The notes below the pieces were generated by a model. That model ran no database searches. It was not told the DNA's origin and saw nothing but the letters and a program-made list of their open reading frames with translations. DNA of 64,000 nucleotides, taken from a virus. The stretch is taken from positions 1 to 64,000 of IMG/VR virus record IMGVR_UViG_3300033146_003395; one strand, given 5' to 3'. The first letter of the stretch is position 1, and each line of letters begins with the position of its first letter. The position numbers and the translations under genes are program-made. Below, piece after piece: positions 46,497-55,877 of the stretch.

Positions 46497-46966
46497 TGAG
46501 ACGGCTACAAACTCTCAAGGGTGTCAAATACCTAAATGATAGAGTGGGCGAAACCTTCTATCATGTAAAATTACAGGGGATTACGAAATATACTTTAAAA
46601 AGTTTCTCTCTGGATTTTGCAATATTTGATGGCGGCAGGTGTAAAAGAAAAGCACCAAGAGGGAATGAATTTTATAGAGATAAGAAAACAATCCTTTATT
46701 ATATAAAGATTAAAGGATTAAATAACGAAGATTTATATAAAATCGGTGTTACTTTATATAAAGGATCTATAGAAAAAAGTCTAAAGAAAAGATTCCATAG
46801 GCAAGAATATGAATTAATTCAATCGGAGATATTTAAAGACGGAAGTGAAGCTTTTGTTTTAGAACAACAAATATTAAAATTTAATAGAGAATATAGATAC
46901 TTGGGTGAGAAAGTACTTAAAGCCGGTAACACTGAATTGTTTATTAAAAATTTAATATTAGATTAA
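46496..46966 (+). CDS. chimeric protein: unrelated N-terminus fused to the GIY-YIG-like nuclease domain of 36792/54776
   Basis: From EFYRDKKTILYYIKIK onward it is near-identical to the paralogs at DNA level. Confidence 0.7.
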   Translation: MRRLQTLKGVKYLNDRVGETFYHVKLQGITKYTLKSFSLDFAIFDGGRCKRKAPRGNEFYRDKKTILYYIKIKGLNNEDLYKIGVTLYKGSIEKSLKKRFHRQEYELIQSEIFKDGSEAFVLEQQILKFNREYRYLGEKVLKAGNTELFIKNLILD

Positions 46967-46999
46967 AGTTATTATAGTATAATAGTACAAGGAGTTAAT

Positions 47000-47161
47000 A
47001 TGCACTGTATAGATAAAATCGCCGATAAAATTAATGATTTAAAAATAGAGCTTGATATTAACCGGAGCGACCTCGGCGGAGATGAAGATAAGTTATATAC
47101 TAAATCTATTCTCTTAGAATTAAAAAAATTAAAAGAGGAATACCCAGAGTATTTCGTATAA
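47000..47161 (+). CDS. 53-aa protein, PEYFV tag (not in track)
   Basis: GGAG RBS. MHCIDKIADK...KEEYPEYFV. Confidence 0.7.
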   Translation: MHCIDKIADKINDLKIELDINRSDLGGDEDKLYTKSILLELKKLKEEYPEYFV

Positions 47162-47170
47162 GGAAAAAGA

Positions 47171-47428
47171 ATGAATGAATGGATTAAATTAATATTTGGT
47201 GGAATGTTAGTATTATTAGGGGCTTTCTTAACTTGGGTTTCTGCAGTTTCAATAAGTTTAGCAGCATACACTTTCGTGATATTATTAATATTGAATATTA
47301 CAGGTTTAATTGCGATTGGTTGGTGGGTCTTATGGGCACCATTATTAATGTTTTTCGGTGGATTTCTTGCAATAGGAATTAATTTATTTTTAACTTTCCT
47401 TGGTGTTGCAATTGCATCGGACGTATAA
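47171..47428 (+). CDS. membrane protein
   Basis: Almost entirely hydrophobic, IGWWVLWAPL. Confidence 0.65.
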   Translation: MNEWIKLIFGGMLVLLGAFLTWVSAVSISLAAYTFVILLILNITGLIAIGWWVLWAPLLMFFGGFLAIGINLFLTFLGVAIASDV

Positions 47429-47622
47429 TGATAGTTAAAATATATGATTACACGGATGCAAGTGGAGAATTAATCTTAGAAGATTACGAATATAATAAGA
47501 ATGATGCAATGTTATTATGTAATGTAGACTTGATTACAGTTGAAGACCAAGATTATGAAGTATTTGAAACAAAAATAAGAGCGTATGCAACAGTGCTCGA
47601 AATAGCAGTAAGGAAACATTAA
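47428..47622 (+). CDS. hypothetical protein
   Basis: Coupled ORF. Confidence 0.55.
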   Translation: MIVKIYDYTDASGELILEDYEYNKNDAMLLCNVDLITVEDQDYEVFETKIRAYATVLEIAVRKH

Positions 47623-47822
47623 TGGAATTAAATATTGTTTATATTGAAGACCACGATGAAGAAGACCAAGAGGCGAAATTTGTTTGTCCTCAATGTCACG
47701 GCATCGTAGAGTATCAAACATTTGAGAGAAAATCAAGTAATCCAATTTATGATTGGAATTGCGGAAGTTGTTTCAGTGCTGTACCAGTAGAAGAATTACA
47801 CCTAAAATTGAAGGAGAAATAG
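47622..47822 (+). CDS. zinc-ribbon protein
   Basis: CPQC..CGSC. Confidence 0.6.
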   Translation: MELNIVYIEDHDEEDQEAKFVCPQCHGIVEYQTFERKSSNPIYDWNCGSCFSAVPVEELHLKLKEK

Positions 47823-48064
47823 TGAAAGAACAATATCAAGAAACGTGGCAAAGAAAATGGGGATTTAGTAAACTAGAATTTCACCCACTATTACTAGCAG
47901 CAGTATTCGGATTTACTGGATTATTTCTTGGTAAAGTATATTTTGATATGGCTTTATTATTTTTATTCTACACTGTAGTGTATTTCATTATAGATGTTGT
48001 ATTAATTGGTGCCAGAATATTCTGGGCAGGTTATAAAGAAATGAAAAAAGATACTGAGATTTAA
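47822..48064 (+). CDS. membrane protein
   Basis: GTG 47822 after GGAG. Two TM segments. Confidence 0.55.
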   Translation: MKEQYQETWQRKWGFSKLEFHPLLLAAVFGFTGLFLGKVYFDMALLFLFYTVVYFIIDVVLIGARIFWAGYKEMKKDTEI

Positions 48065-48114
48065 TCTCGGTCTAATAATATTATAGTATAATAATATAAA
48101 CAGGCAGGAATGAA

Positions 48115-49518
48115 ATGGACGAAATAATCTACCTATGTATGGGATATTTTGAAGCAAAAGGTGCAAATTTTATTACAAACACTGGAAAAGCTGTTCAAGT
48201 AGAATATCAAAATGATAACTCATGGTTTTGGTACAGTGATTACCCATATAAATTGCATCACCATGATAAGTGGAAATCAATTGATGCTTTCTCTGAAATC
48301 ACGAAACTTAAAGAACATAAAAAATTATGGCAAATTAAGTGTGACCAAGATATGACAGATTTACTACAATCTGACGAGCAGGAGTTCTATCAGATTCAGG
48401 TCGATACACAAGACTTAACTGCTCATTCAAAAGATGTAAGTTGTTTCCTAGAAAATTATAATATACTAAAAGTTAAGTCTCCAATGGCTACAAGAAAATC
48501 TAACATTATTGAAGAGACAATTAAACAGTGTAACACACAAAATAAAAGTGTACTGTTTATTACAAATAGGGTTTCACTTTCTCACGATATAGCTGACAAA
48601 TATGCTCAATATGGACTTAAGCATTATCAGAAAAGAGAGTACAATAAAGGTGATAATCTTGTTGTACAATTTGACTCGTTATTTTATTATAATCCAGATG
48701 ATTTTGATGTTGTTATTTTAGATGAGGTCTCATCACTAATTTTATATATGACTGATACTTATCAAGGTAAAGAAGAAAGATTTAACGATAACCTGAATAC
48801 TTTTTCAGCCTTAAAAACTAAGCAGTTCTTAATATTAGATGCTTTCATTATTAACTTTCCTTTTCATGGGAAAACTCTAGGAATTTATAACAAGTTTAGA
48901 GAAGAGCTGCAAGTAATTGAGTACTCAGATAAACCAAATTTTGAGGCTAAGATTGTTCGTGAAACTGGTAAAGGTTTAATCTCAGTGTCAAGCAATGAGA
49001 AAAGATTCTTAACTAATTTAGAAGCTAAACTCAGAAAACGCGGTTATAAAGTTTTAATGTTAACAGGTGACACAAAAGATAAGCCCAGGGTTTATAAAAC
49101 GCTAGAAATGCGAACCATTCCTTATGATGCAATTCTGTATAGTCCAACATTAACAGTTGGTGTAAGTATTTTCGCTGAGATTAAACATCATTTTCACTAT
49201 GATAACTCAGGAACTATATCAGTGATTGACTCTATGCAAATGACCAGAAGAGTTAGGAATGCTAAAGAACTTCACTATTTTATCAGAGGTAGAGCATCAT
49301 ATAAAGCAACAGATATTAACAATATTGAACGTAATTTAAAAGAGTTCAGAATTATGAATGAGTATGGTGTAACTTTCGGGATTACTAATACTGGTAAAAT
49401 GCTAGCCGAATTTAGAAGGACTAAAAATATCCTAGCAAATTCTCACAAGTATGCTTTCCGTTCATTATTGTTATATCAATTTAAAGCAGTAACTTATAAT
49501 AATCAGAGGGTTTATTAA
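48115..49518 (+). CDS. SF2 helicase-like protein (origin-binding protein/UL9-like)
   Basis: VKSPMATRKS (atypical Walker A), LFITNRVSL, VILDEV, YSPTLTVGVS, QMTRRVR. Confidence 0.7.
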   Translation: MDEIIYLCMGYFEAKGANFITNTGKAVQVEYQNDNSWFWYSDYPYKLHHHDKWKSIDAFSEITKLKEHKKLWQIKCDQDMTDLLQSDEQEFYQIQVDTQDLTAHSKDVSCFLENYNILKVKSPMATRKSNIIEETIKQCNTQNKSVLFITNRVSLSHDIADKYAQYGLKHYQKREYNKGDNLVVQFDSLFYYNPDDFDVVILDEVSSLILYMTDTYQGKEERFNDNLNTFSALKTKQFLILDAFIINFPFHGKTLGIYNKFREELQVIEYSDKPNFEAKIVRETGKGLISVSSNEKRFLTNLEAKLRKRGYKVLMLTGDTKDKPRVYKTLEMRTIPYDAILYSPTLTVGVSIFAEIKHHFHYDNSGTISVIDSMQMTRRVRNAKELHYFIRGRASYKATDINNIERNLKEFRIMNEYGVTFGITNTGKMLAEFRRTKNILANSHKYAFRSLLLYQFKAVTYNNQRVY

Positions 49519-49556
49519 TCCTCTGAATCCTCTAATTCTTTTTAAAACTTAAGGTA

Positions 49557-49613
49557 TTTAAGCTCCGTTTAATGTAAAACATGGTATAATATAGTATATA
49601 AAGAAAAGAAGGA
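49557..49613 (+). promoter_or_regulatory. early promoter repeat
   Basis: TTTAAGCTCCGTTTAATGTAAAACATGGTATAATATAGTATATAAAG. Confidence 0.8.
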
Positions 49614-49619
49614 TAAATT

Positions 49620-49955
49620 ATGGAAGCTAAAATATTACATTTTAACGATACAATCCGTAGAGATATAAACGGAGCTGGAAGTAGATTAGAACTTAAATCA
49701 TTAGCCTTTGAGGGTTATTTAAACTTAGGTTATAATACAGTTGCTAGAGTCCTGGTATCTGGTAATACTGATGAGATCTTAAGAAATTCATTTAAACTTA
49801 CAAATTCATTCGATACTTTCTGGGGAGATAATGCAGATGTAACTTGTTATAATCCTAAATGTCGTTCAACTTCAGTTGGTGATTTAATCCAGGTAGGAAA
49901 TGAAATTCATATTGTTGCATCAGCAGGATTTGAATATCTTTGTGAGGTAAAATAA
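49620..49955 (+). CDS. hypothetical early protein (RSTSVGD motif)
   Basis: RSTSVGDLI..V...GF resembles YodL-like phage proteins. Confidence 0.55.
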   Translation: MEAKILHFNDTIRRDINGAGSRLELKSLAFEGYLNLGYNTVARVLVSGNTDEILRNSFKLTNSFDTFWGDNADVTCYNPKCRSTSVGDLIQVGNEIHIVASAGFEYLCEVK

Positions 49956-50662
49956 TGCAAGAATTAGACACTTATAATAAATACGTTAAAGAGTACGCTC
50001 ATTTATTTGATAGAGATTTTGAAGGTGGTTTAAGTAACCCTGAGATTATTGAGCTTGCTAATGCTGTTAAACAAGTAAATTATATGATTAATAATAAGGC
50101 AAAAAATCTTAGAAATATTTACGATTACCAAAAGAAATGTTTAACATTTCCAGAGTATGATGAAAGACATAGCAAAACATTTAAGGGATATGGTAGAATA
50201 TATTTTGATAGATTTGTTGAAAATATTAATTCAGTAAATTTCTTTGAATTGCTTACATCAAAACGTAAGAAAAATTCTAATATCATTTTTAAAACAGATA
50301 ATCATAGAGATGAATTTAATGCTAAAACATTTAGTGATATGTTTAATCAATTCAAATTAATTTGTGATGAGTATGATGATTATTTTAATAACCAAGAATT
50401 TTATATTAAGAGATTCTTAGATACTGGTGATTCTACTAAAGATAAAGTAGTATCTTATGATAGACAATCACTTTATATTGGATATTTTGACGAGAGTGCA
50501 GCAGATATTTCTGGACTAGTTTATAATATTAACCATGATAAGGATAGTGTTTTCGATTTTCATACAGTAGAATTTTCAGTTCCTTTAGAAAAAATAGATA
50601 ACAAATATTATCAAGGTCTAAATGATTACATGAAAAACTTTTTTCCAGAGTATATAGTATGA
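49955..50662 (+). CDS. hypothetical protein, PEYIV tag
   Basis: Ends NFFPEYIV. Confidence 0.7.
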   Translation: MQELDTYNKYVKEYAHLFDRDFEGGLSNPEIIELANAVKQVNYMINNKAKNLRNIYDYQKKCLTFPEYDERHSKTFKGYGRIYFDRFVENINSVNFFELLTSKRKKNSNIIFKTDNHRDEFNAKTFSDMFNQFKLICDEYDDYFNNQEFYIKRFLDTGDSTKDKVVSYDRQSLYIGYFDESAADISGLVYNINHDKDSVFDFHTVEFSVPLEKIDNKYYQGLNDYMKNFFPEYIV

Positions 50663-50922
50663 TTAAAAACCCAACAGAACAACAATTGCAAGCTTTAGAT
50701 TTTAATGTTATTGTATATATTACAGTCCGTAAAGAAAAGATTAAGTGTTTCTCTGGAAATTCATTACCAGATAATCTAAGAGGTACAACTTTTAAAGCAT
50801 CTCGCACTGGCTCACATACAATACAACCTAATAAACCATTAGGTGGATATTGGCATGACATTGTAGCTGAGCAGATAGAAGAGATTTATACTAAGGATGA
50901 AGATACTGAGTATTTTGTATGA
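50659..50922 (+). CDS. small protein, TEYFV tag
   Basis: Ends DEDTEYFV. Confidence 0.7.
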   Translation: MIKNPTEQQLQALDFNVIVYITVRKEKIKCFSGNSLPDNLRGTTFKASRTGSHTIQPNKPLGGYWHDIVAEQIEEIYTKDEDTEYFV

Positions 50923-51275
50923 TTAAAGAATGGGACCAATATCACCAGTATTTTTATACCCCTACAGATATTAATAATATCAAACCTGGTGATGTAATTT
51001 ACAGAATCAAAATAAAAATGATGGACTATATTGAAGAGACTTATAGAGTCCTAGAAATTGATGAAAATGGTTTACATTCAAGAGCTATAATCTGTAATAT
51101 GTTTGATGGTCCAGTGGAGAAAGTGGCCTTAGGCATACTTCCAAGGTTTTATATAACGTACGAACAGATAGTTGAACATAATGTAAATCTAGCAAGGGAT
51201 GGGTTTCCGTGGGATAGACCATACAATTTAATAGTAAAAGGGGACCAGTTAGAATTCCCTGAATATTATATATAA
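50919..51275 (+). CDS. small protein, PEYYI tag
   Basis: Ends QLEFPEYYI. Confidence 0.7.
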   Translation: MIKEWDQYHQYFYTPTDINNIKPGDVIYRIKIKMMDYIEETYRVLEIDENGLHSRAIICNMFDGPVEKVALGILPRFYITYEQIVEHNVNLARDGFPWDRPYNLIVKGDQLEFPEYYI

Positions 51276-51283
51276 GGATTAAA

Positions 51284-51532
51284 ATGAAAACAGTAGATGT
51301 ATTACTAGAAGACCAAGATTTTATGGATAAGTATTGTACAGCATCAATTAGTGCACATTTTTGGAAATCAGACCATAGAATAGTAATAAACAAACACCTA
51401 GTGGGAAAAGGTTTATTAAACTGTAGAATGATAAGTGTAAGACTTTTAGAAACACTAGATGGATATCAATTTGATTGGAAATTCGTTAAGCAAGAAATTA
51501 ACCAGTTAGAATTCCCTGAATATTACGTATAA
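51284..51532 (+). CDS. small protein, PEYYV tag
   Basis: Ends QLEFPEYYV. Confidence 0.7.
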   Translation: MKTVDVLLEDQDFMDKYCTASISAHFWKSDHRIVINKHLVGKGLLNCRMISVRLLETLDGYQFDWKFVKQEINQLEFPEYYV

Positions 51533-51549
51533 ATAACAAAAGGATTAAA

Positions 51550-51723
51550 ATGCAAGGATTAAGTATAGATGTTAAAGACATCGAAAAGTTAAGTGATGAG
51601 GAGATGGAGAAGTTATTTGAAGTCTTAGATATAGTAGAAGAAATTACAGTTACTAATGGTGCTACACCTGTTTCTAAATTATTGAGTGTAGAGTATTACA
51701 ATATATTAATGGAGGGAATGTAA
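51550..51723 (+). CDS. 57-aa acidic protein (not in track)
   Basis: TATAAATA 51528-51535, AAGGA RBS. MQGLSIDVKDIEKLSDEEMEKL... Confidence 0.55.
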   Translation: MQGLSIDVKDIEKLSDEEMEKLFEVLDIVEEITVTNGATPVSKLLSVEYYNILMEGM

Positions 51724-51992
51724 TGAAACAATTACAACTAGATTTAAACATTGATTTAATCACAATGCAATGTAAACCAGATGATAACTTTGAGATTTAT
51801 AGTTATATAGATTTTAATCGTAAAAAATTAGAAGTCTATGTTAATGATGAGCAACCAATTAAAATTAATATTGAGAAGCTTGCAAAAAAGCGTTTAAATA
51901 TTAAGAATTTCTGGGATAAAGTTCAAGACGTAAAATTCCAAGTGGATTTTACTAAAGAGGAATTCGCAGCAATTTATTATATAAAGGATTAA
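51723..51992 (+). CDS. hypothetical protein
   Basis: Coupled ORF. Confidence 0.6.
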   Translation: MKQLQLDLNIDLITMQCKPDDNFEIYSYIDFNRKKLEVYVNDEQPIKINIEKLAKKRLNIKNFWDKVQDVKFQVDFTKEEFAAIYYIKD

Positions 51993-51994
51993 TA

Positions 51995-52306
51995 ATGGAA
52001 ATAAGAATACAATATAGAACAAGTACGCATGAGGGTGATGACTTTTTTGATAGCACAGCCGAAGCGATTGAGTATCTAATGGGATTAGAGGCAGAAATAG
52101 AAGAAGAAATTGCAGCAGATGAAGAAGAATATATGACAGAATCTGAAGAAGAAGAATTTGCGTGCTTACCAGATAGAGTAAGTGTTTCTAAAGTACAAAG
52201 AAGTTATAACAAAACTACTATAGAAGTTGAACTAGCAGAATATAAAGAAAACGGTTTTGAAATTACGTATGAAGGTAAAACGGGTTATACACTGGAGAGA
52301 AAATGA
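51995..52306 (+). CDS. acidic hypothetical protein
   Basis: AAGGA RBS. Confidence 0.6.
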   Translation: MEIRIQYRTSTHEGDDFFDSTAEAIEYLMGLEAEIEEEIAADEEEYMTESEEEEFACLPDRVSVSKVQRSYNKTTIEVELAEYKENGFEITYEGKTGYTLERK

Positions 52307-52674
52307 TTGTTAAAATCAGTACATACAAAAACCGAAAAGGCTTAGCGGAGCTTTTAATACCTGAACTTCCGTTTTATGTGCTGGATAAAGAGGAAGATGA
52401 GCCTAGTCATTATTTTAAAGCCGTTTCAATGTCTAAGAAATATTACTGGGATACACCTTATAAATTAGATAAGAATGGCCAGAATTTTCATAGCGGAAAC
52501 TCTAAAAAACTTGCAGTCATGGCTGGACAAGAAATTTACAAGACTGTAGAAGAAGTCCAGAATGCTTTAATTAAAAGAAAAGTAGAAACAGTAAAAGAAT
52601 TGTTTCCAGAAATTTTATATCTTTATAATGATTATACAAAATTCATGGAAGAATACCCAGAGCATTTTCTATAA
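52303..52674 (+). CDS. protein with PEHFL tag
   Basis: Ends EEYPEHFL. Confidence 0.65.
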   Translation: MIVKISTYKNRKGLAELLIPELPFYVLDKEEDEPSHYFKAVSMSKKYYWDTPYKLDKNGQNFHSGNSKKLAVMAGQEIYKTVEEVQNALIKRKVETVKELFPEILYLYNDYTKFMEEYPEHFL

Positions 52675-52693
52675 ATAAACTAAAAGGAACACT

Positions 52694-52909
52694 ATGACAT
52701 TTAAATCAATTTTTGAGAACAAGAAATCTGATGTAGATACTATATACGATTTTATAGAAAAAAGCGAAGATAACGAACAAAAGGTTTGGGATTATGTATC
52801 ATACGAATTTGATATTTATTATAATGATGGAAATGATATAGAAACACTAGATGATTTAATAGAGTTTTTATCTAAGAAACAACTAAAAGAATTAGCTGCT
52901 TCTATATAA
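52694..52909 (+). CDS. late acidic protein, candidate internal head protein
   Basis: TATAAATA 52670-52677. MTFKSIFE leader. Confidence 0.55.
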   Translation: MTFKSIFENKKSDVDTIYDFIEKSEDNEQKVWDYVSYEFDIYYNDGNDIETLDDLIEFLSKKQLKELAASI

Positions 52910-53659
52910 GCTATCGTTATAGTCTATCATGAATTTCGTTAATTCATGACTTTTGATACTTTCAAAAGATGCTAAATCTTTTGGGAGACAAGCTCCATCA
53001 AATCCTCTAACTCCATCCATACCAACTTGAGTATTTTCACCTAGTGGAATATTCTCTAACATCTGAGCAAGCTTACGAGCATTACCCGTACGGTCTTGTA
53101 CAAATTCCCAGAATAAAACTTTATAAGCCGAGTAGATATTTCTGATGTATTTAAAATCTGATGCTAGCTCTTTAGTAGTACACTCAAATTCAATTTCTGC
53201 TGTATTTAATATAGTATCACTTTTATAAAACATTTTAGCTTTTCTGATAAAATCTATATCTCCACCTAACACAATATAATCCTGTAAAGCGAAATCATTA
53301 ACTGCTGTATTCGCATTCAAGAATTCTGGATTATATACGAAATTAAAATTTGGGGGAATTGCCTCTTTTGGTAAAGTACTTTTAATTAATACTAATCCAT
53401 TAAAATCTTTTATATCTTTATATACAGATAAGAATTGCGATATATTACAACTACCGTCTGAATTTTCTGGTGTTCCCACACAAACTATTATAGTTTTTAT
53501 TCTACTTCCACCGAATCCTTCTTTTTCTGCAATTAAATCTTGGAATCTTTCATCTTTAGTTGTAGTACCTCTTTTAGGGTCGACTATTATTACTTCATCA
53601 TGTTTAATTACACTGTGAACAGCTTGACCCACAAACCCATATCCAATTATAGCTATCAT
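52892..53659 (-). CDS. UDP-glucose/GDP-mannose dehydrogenase family protein
   Basis: IIGYGFVG, CVGTP, IKST, NPEFL, GFDGACLPKD. Confidence 0.88.
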   Translation of the reverse strand: MIAIIGYGFVGQAVHSVIKHDEVIIVDPKRGTTTKDERFQDLIAEKEGFGGSRIKTIIVCVGTPENSDGSCNISQFLSVYKDIKDFNGLVLIKSTLPKEAIPPNFNFVYNPEFLNANTAVNDFALQDYIVLGGDIDFIRKAKMFYKSDTILNTAEIEFECTTKELASDFKYIRNIYSAYKVLFWEFVQDRTGNARKLAQMLENIPLGENTQVGMDGVRGFDGACLPKDLASFESIKSHELTKFMIDYNDSLYRSS

Positions 53660-54207
53660 ATTAAATCCTCTATTGCTTTTCTAGAGCCATCATAAATTTT
53701 AGTGACTCCATTTTTCTTAACTATCCCTCTTTGAATCTCACACATATAATTGTATGGCTCACAAAAATCTTTAATCTTTATATTATGCTTTTTGAATTCG
53801 CTGAACATTTTTTTACAGTCTTGATTAATTAGAGTAAATCTTTCTCTGAGTCCTTTAGTTTCCCAAAGTTTCAGATGATTATGACCGTGCCCACCAATGA
53901 AGCAGAAAGGAGAATTTTGTATTTCTTTAATTTCAGTCCAACTCATATAATCACTATAGTCGCCTGTAAAAGCATTGATATGAGCATCAGAGCATTTAAT
54001 AAATTCTTCAGAAGCTTGTACTGTTTCTGGTCTGATAATTGCAGTAGAAATAAAAAATATTTTTATTGTACTGAGAGTTTTCAAGAATTCTAGGGCTCTA
54101 TACTGGCTCACTAGCCCATCATCGAAGCTGAGGATAAAATTTTCTAAGGTATCTTTCATATCGTAGAATTTATCGTCCCACTCATGTATCATTAAAACTT
54201 GTTTCAT
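53656..54207 (-). CDS. polysaccharide deacetylase (NodB-like)
   Basis: LSFDDG, MSWTEIKE, IGGHGHNH, F..PY. Confidence 0.8.
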   Translation of the reverse strand: MKQVLMIHEWDDKFYDMKDTLENFILSFDDGLVSQYRALEFLKTLSTIKIFFISTAIIRPETVQASEEFIKCSDAHINAFTGDYSDYMSWTEIKEIQNSPFCFIGGHGHNHLKLWETKGLRERFTLINQDCKKMFSEFKKHNIKIKDFCEPYNYMCEIQRGIVKKNGVTKIYDGSRKAIEDLI

Positions 54208-54265
54208 ATACTATTATAACTAATTAAGATTAAACTAGTATTAAAATATATTAAATTCTTTTCAA

Positions 54266-54316
54266 ATTTAAGCTCGGTTTAATGTTAAACATGGTATAAT
54301 ATAGTATATAAAGGAT
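54266..54316 (+). promoter_or_regulatory. early promoter repeat
   Basis: TTTAAGCTCGGTTTAATGTTAAACATGGTATAATATAGTATATAAAGGAT. Confidence 0.8.
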
Positions 54317-54321
54317 AAAAC

Positions 54322-54405
54322 ATGAAATTAACAGCATTACAAATAGCAATGCAAATGCCTCGCCGTAGAGGTGATGTATCAGAATCAGGTCGTGATGGTA
54401 ACTAA
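54322..54405 (+). CDS. 27-aa micropeptide
   Basis: First ORF after early promoter, AAGGA RBS. MKLTALQIAMQMPRRRGDVSESGRDGN. Confidence 0.5.
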   Translation: MKLTALQIAMQMPRRRGDVSESGRDGN

Positions 54406-54448
54406 GTTTATCATCTTAATAAAAACTAAAATAAAAGAAGGAGTTCTT

Positions 54449-54523
54449 ATGAACTACATTTACAACAAAGCATTAACACTAGCACTATTTTTAAGTTACT
54501 TAGGTTATACTTACTTTCAGTAA
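54449..54523 (+). CDS. 24-aa hydrophobic micropeptide
   Basis: AAGGAG RBS. MNYIYNKALTLALFLSYLGYTYFQ. Confidence 0.5.
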   Translation: MNYIYNKALTLALFLSYLGYTYFQ

Positions 54524-54531
54524 GAGATAAA

Positions 54532-54756
54532 ATGGATATTAAAAACAACCGAGTTTATCGCTTAGAAATAGGTGATAATGAAACATTGGTATATACAGTT
54601 AAACAAGTAGCAGAAACCTTATGGGATTGTCAGATACTTGAAACTGGCAATAATATGTATCTGAATAAAGGTGAAATAGGTCGATTTGATATTGGGTGGT
54701 TCGCTGAAGAATTAGGTACTAAAGCAGAATATGAGGAGTATTTCGTATTTTTATAA
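54532..54756 (+). CDS. small protein, EEYFV(FL) tag variant
   Basis: Ends AEYEEYFVFL. Confidence 0.65.
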   Translation: MDIKNNRVYRLEIGDNETLVYTVKQVAETLWDCQILETGNNMYLNKGEIGRFDIGWFAEELGTKAEYEEYFVFL

Positions 54757-54775
54757 ATATATTATAAGGATAAAA

Positions 54776-55666
54776 ATGCCTAAGAAGAAAACGCAAGAAG
54801 ATTATTTATTAGAATTAATTAATAAGTCAATATATATAATTCCATTAGAGACATATATTAACTTTAATACAAAGATTTTACATAAATGTATATGCGGAAA
54901 TGAATGGGAAGTTATGCCTAAGTTAATATTAAGAGGTGTTTTATGTGGGTGTAAAGGTACGGCTAAACCAAATACTAATAATTGGTATTTAAATAAGCTT
55001 ATAAAAAACAAAATAACTGTTATTCCATTAGAGGCGTATATTAACTCTAATACAAAGATTTTACATAAATGTATATGTGGAAATAAGTGGTTTATTACCC
55101 CAAACGATATAATAAAAGGGGTAAAGTGTGGGTGTATTAATGGTTTATCCCAAATTAAATCAAACAAATGGTATCTAGAAAAATTAGAAGAAAAAGATAT
55201 AAAAGTAATACCATTAGAACCTTATATTAAATCAAGGACTAAAATTTTACATAAGTGTTACTGTAATAATGAATGGTTAGGTAGACCAATGGATGTGCTA
55301 AAAGGAATGGGCTGTGGATGTAAACGTAACTATTCTTTAAGAGGTGTAGAATTTTATAGAGGTAAGAAAACAATCTTATATTATATAAAAATTAAAGGAT
55401 TGAATAACGAAGATTTATATAAAATCGGTGTTACTTTATATAAAGAATCAATAGAAAAAAGTTTAAAGAAAAGATTCTATAGACAAGAATATGAGATTAT
55501 ACAGACTGATATTTTCAAAGATGGTAGCGAAGCGTTCACATTAGAACAACAGATATTAGAATTTAACAGAGAATACAGATATTTAGGCGAGAAAGTTCTT
55601 AAATCTGGAAATACTGAATTATTTATTAAGGATATAACGTATGAAAAAAGTACCCAAAAAAACTGA
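54776..55666 (+). CDS. endonuclease with zinc repeats and GIY-YIG-like C-terminus; paralog of 36792
   Basis: Start moved to ATG 54776 after AAGGA and TATAAATA 54752-54759. Confidence 0.75.
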   Translation: MPKKKTQEDYLLELINKSIYIIPLETYINFNTKILHKCICGNEWEVMPKLILRGVLCGCKGTAKPNTNNWYLNKLIKNKITVIPLEAYINSNTKILHKCICGNKWFITPNDIIKGVKCGCINGLSQIKSNKWYLEKLEEKDIKVIPLEPYIKSRTKILHKCYCNNEWLGRPMDVLKGMGCGCKRNYSLRGVEFYRGKKTILYYIKIKGLNNEDLYKIGVTLYKESIEKSLKKRFYRQEYEIIQTDIFKDGSEAFTLEQQILEFNREYRYLGEKVLKSGNTELFIKDITYEKSTQKN

Positions 55667-55877
55667 TTTTGTTCTAGCTGCCAATAAAGAAGTATATCTT
55701 TATTGGGGTGGTGTAGCAGGCGGAGAAGCAATTATCGTAAAAGATAGAAATCAGTTCACTACACAAATGGCTAATAAATATATTGTAGCTACTTGCACTG
55801 TTCAAGATGTACAAAACCACGGCTATGATTCAGCTAATGAATATTTCTCAGAACAATATCCCGAGATGTTTGTATGA
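55641..55877 (+). CDS. small protein, PEMFV tag
   Basis: Ends EQYPEMFV. Confidence 0.7.
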   Translation: MKKVPKKTDFVLAANKEVYLYWGGVAGGEAIIVKDRNQFTTQMANKYIVATCTVQDVQNHGYDSANEYFSEQYPEMFV

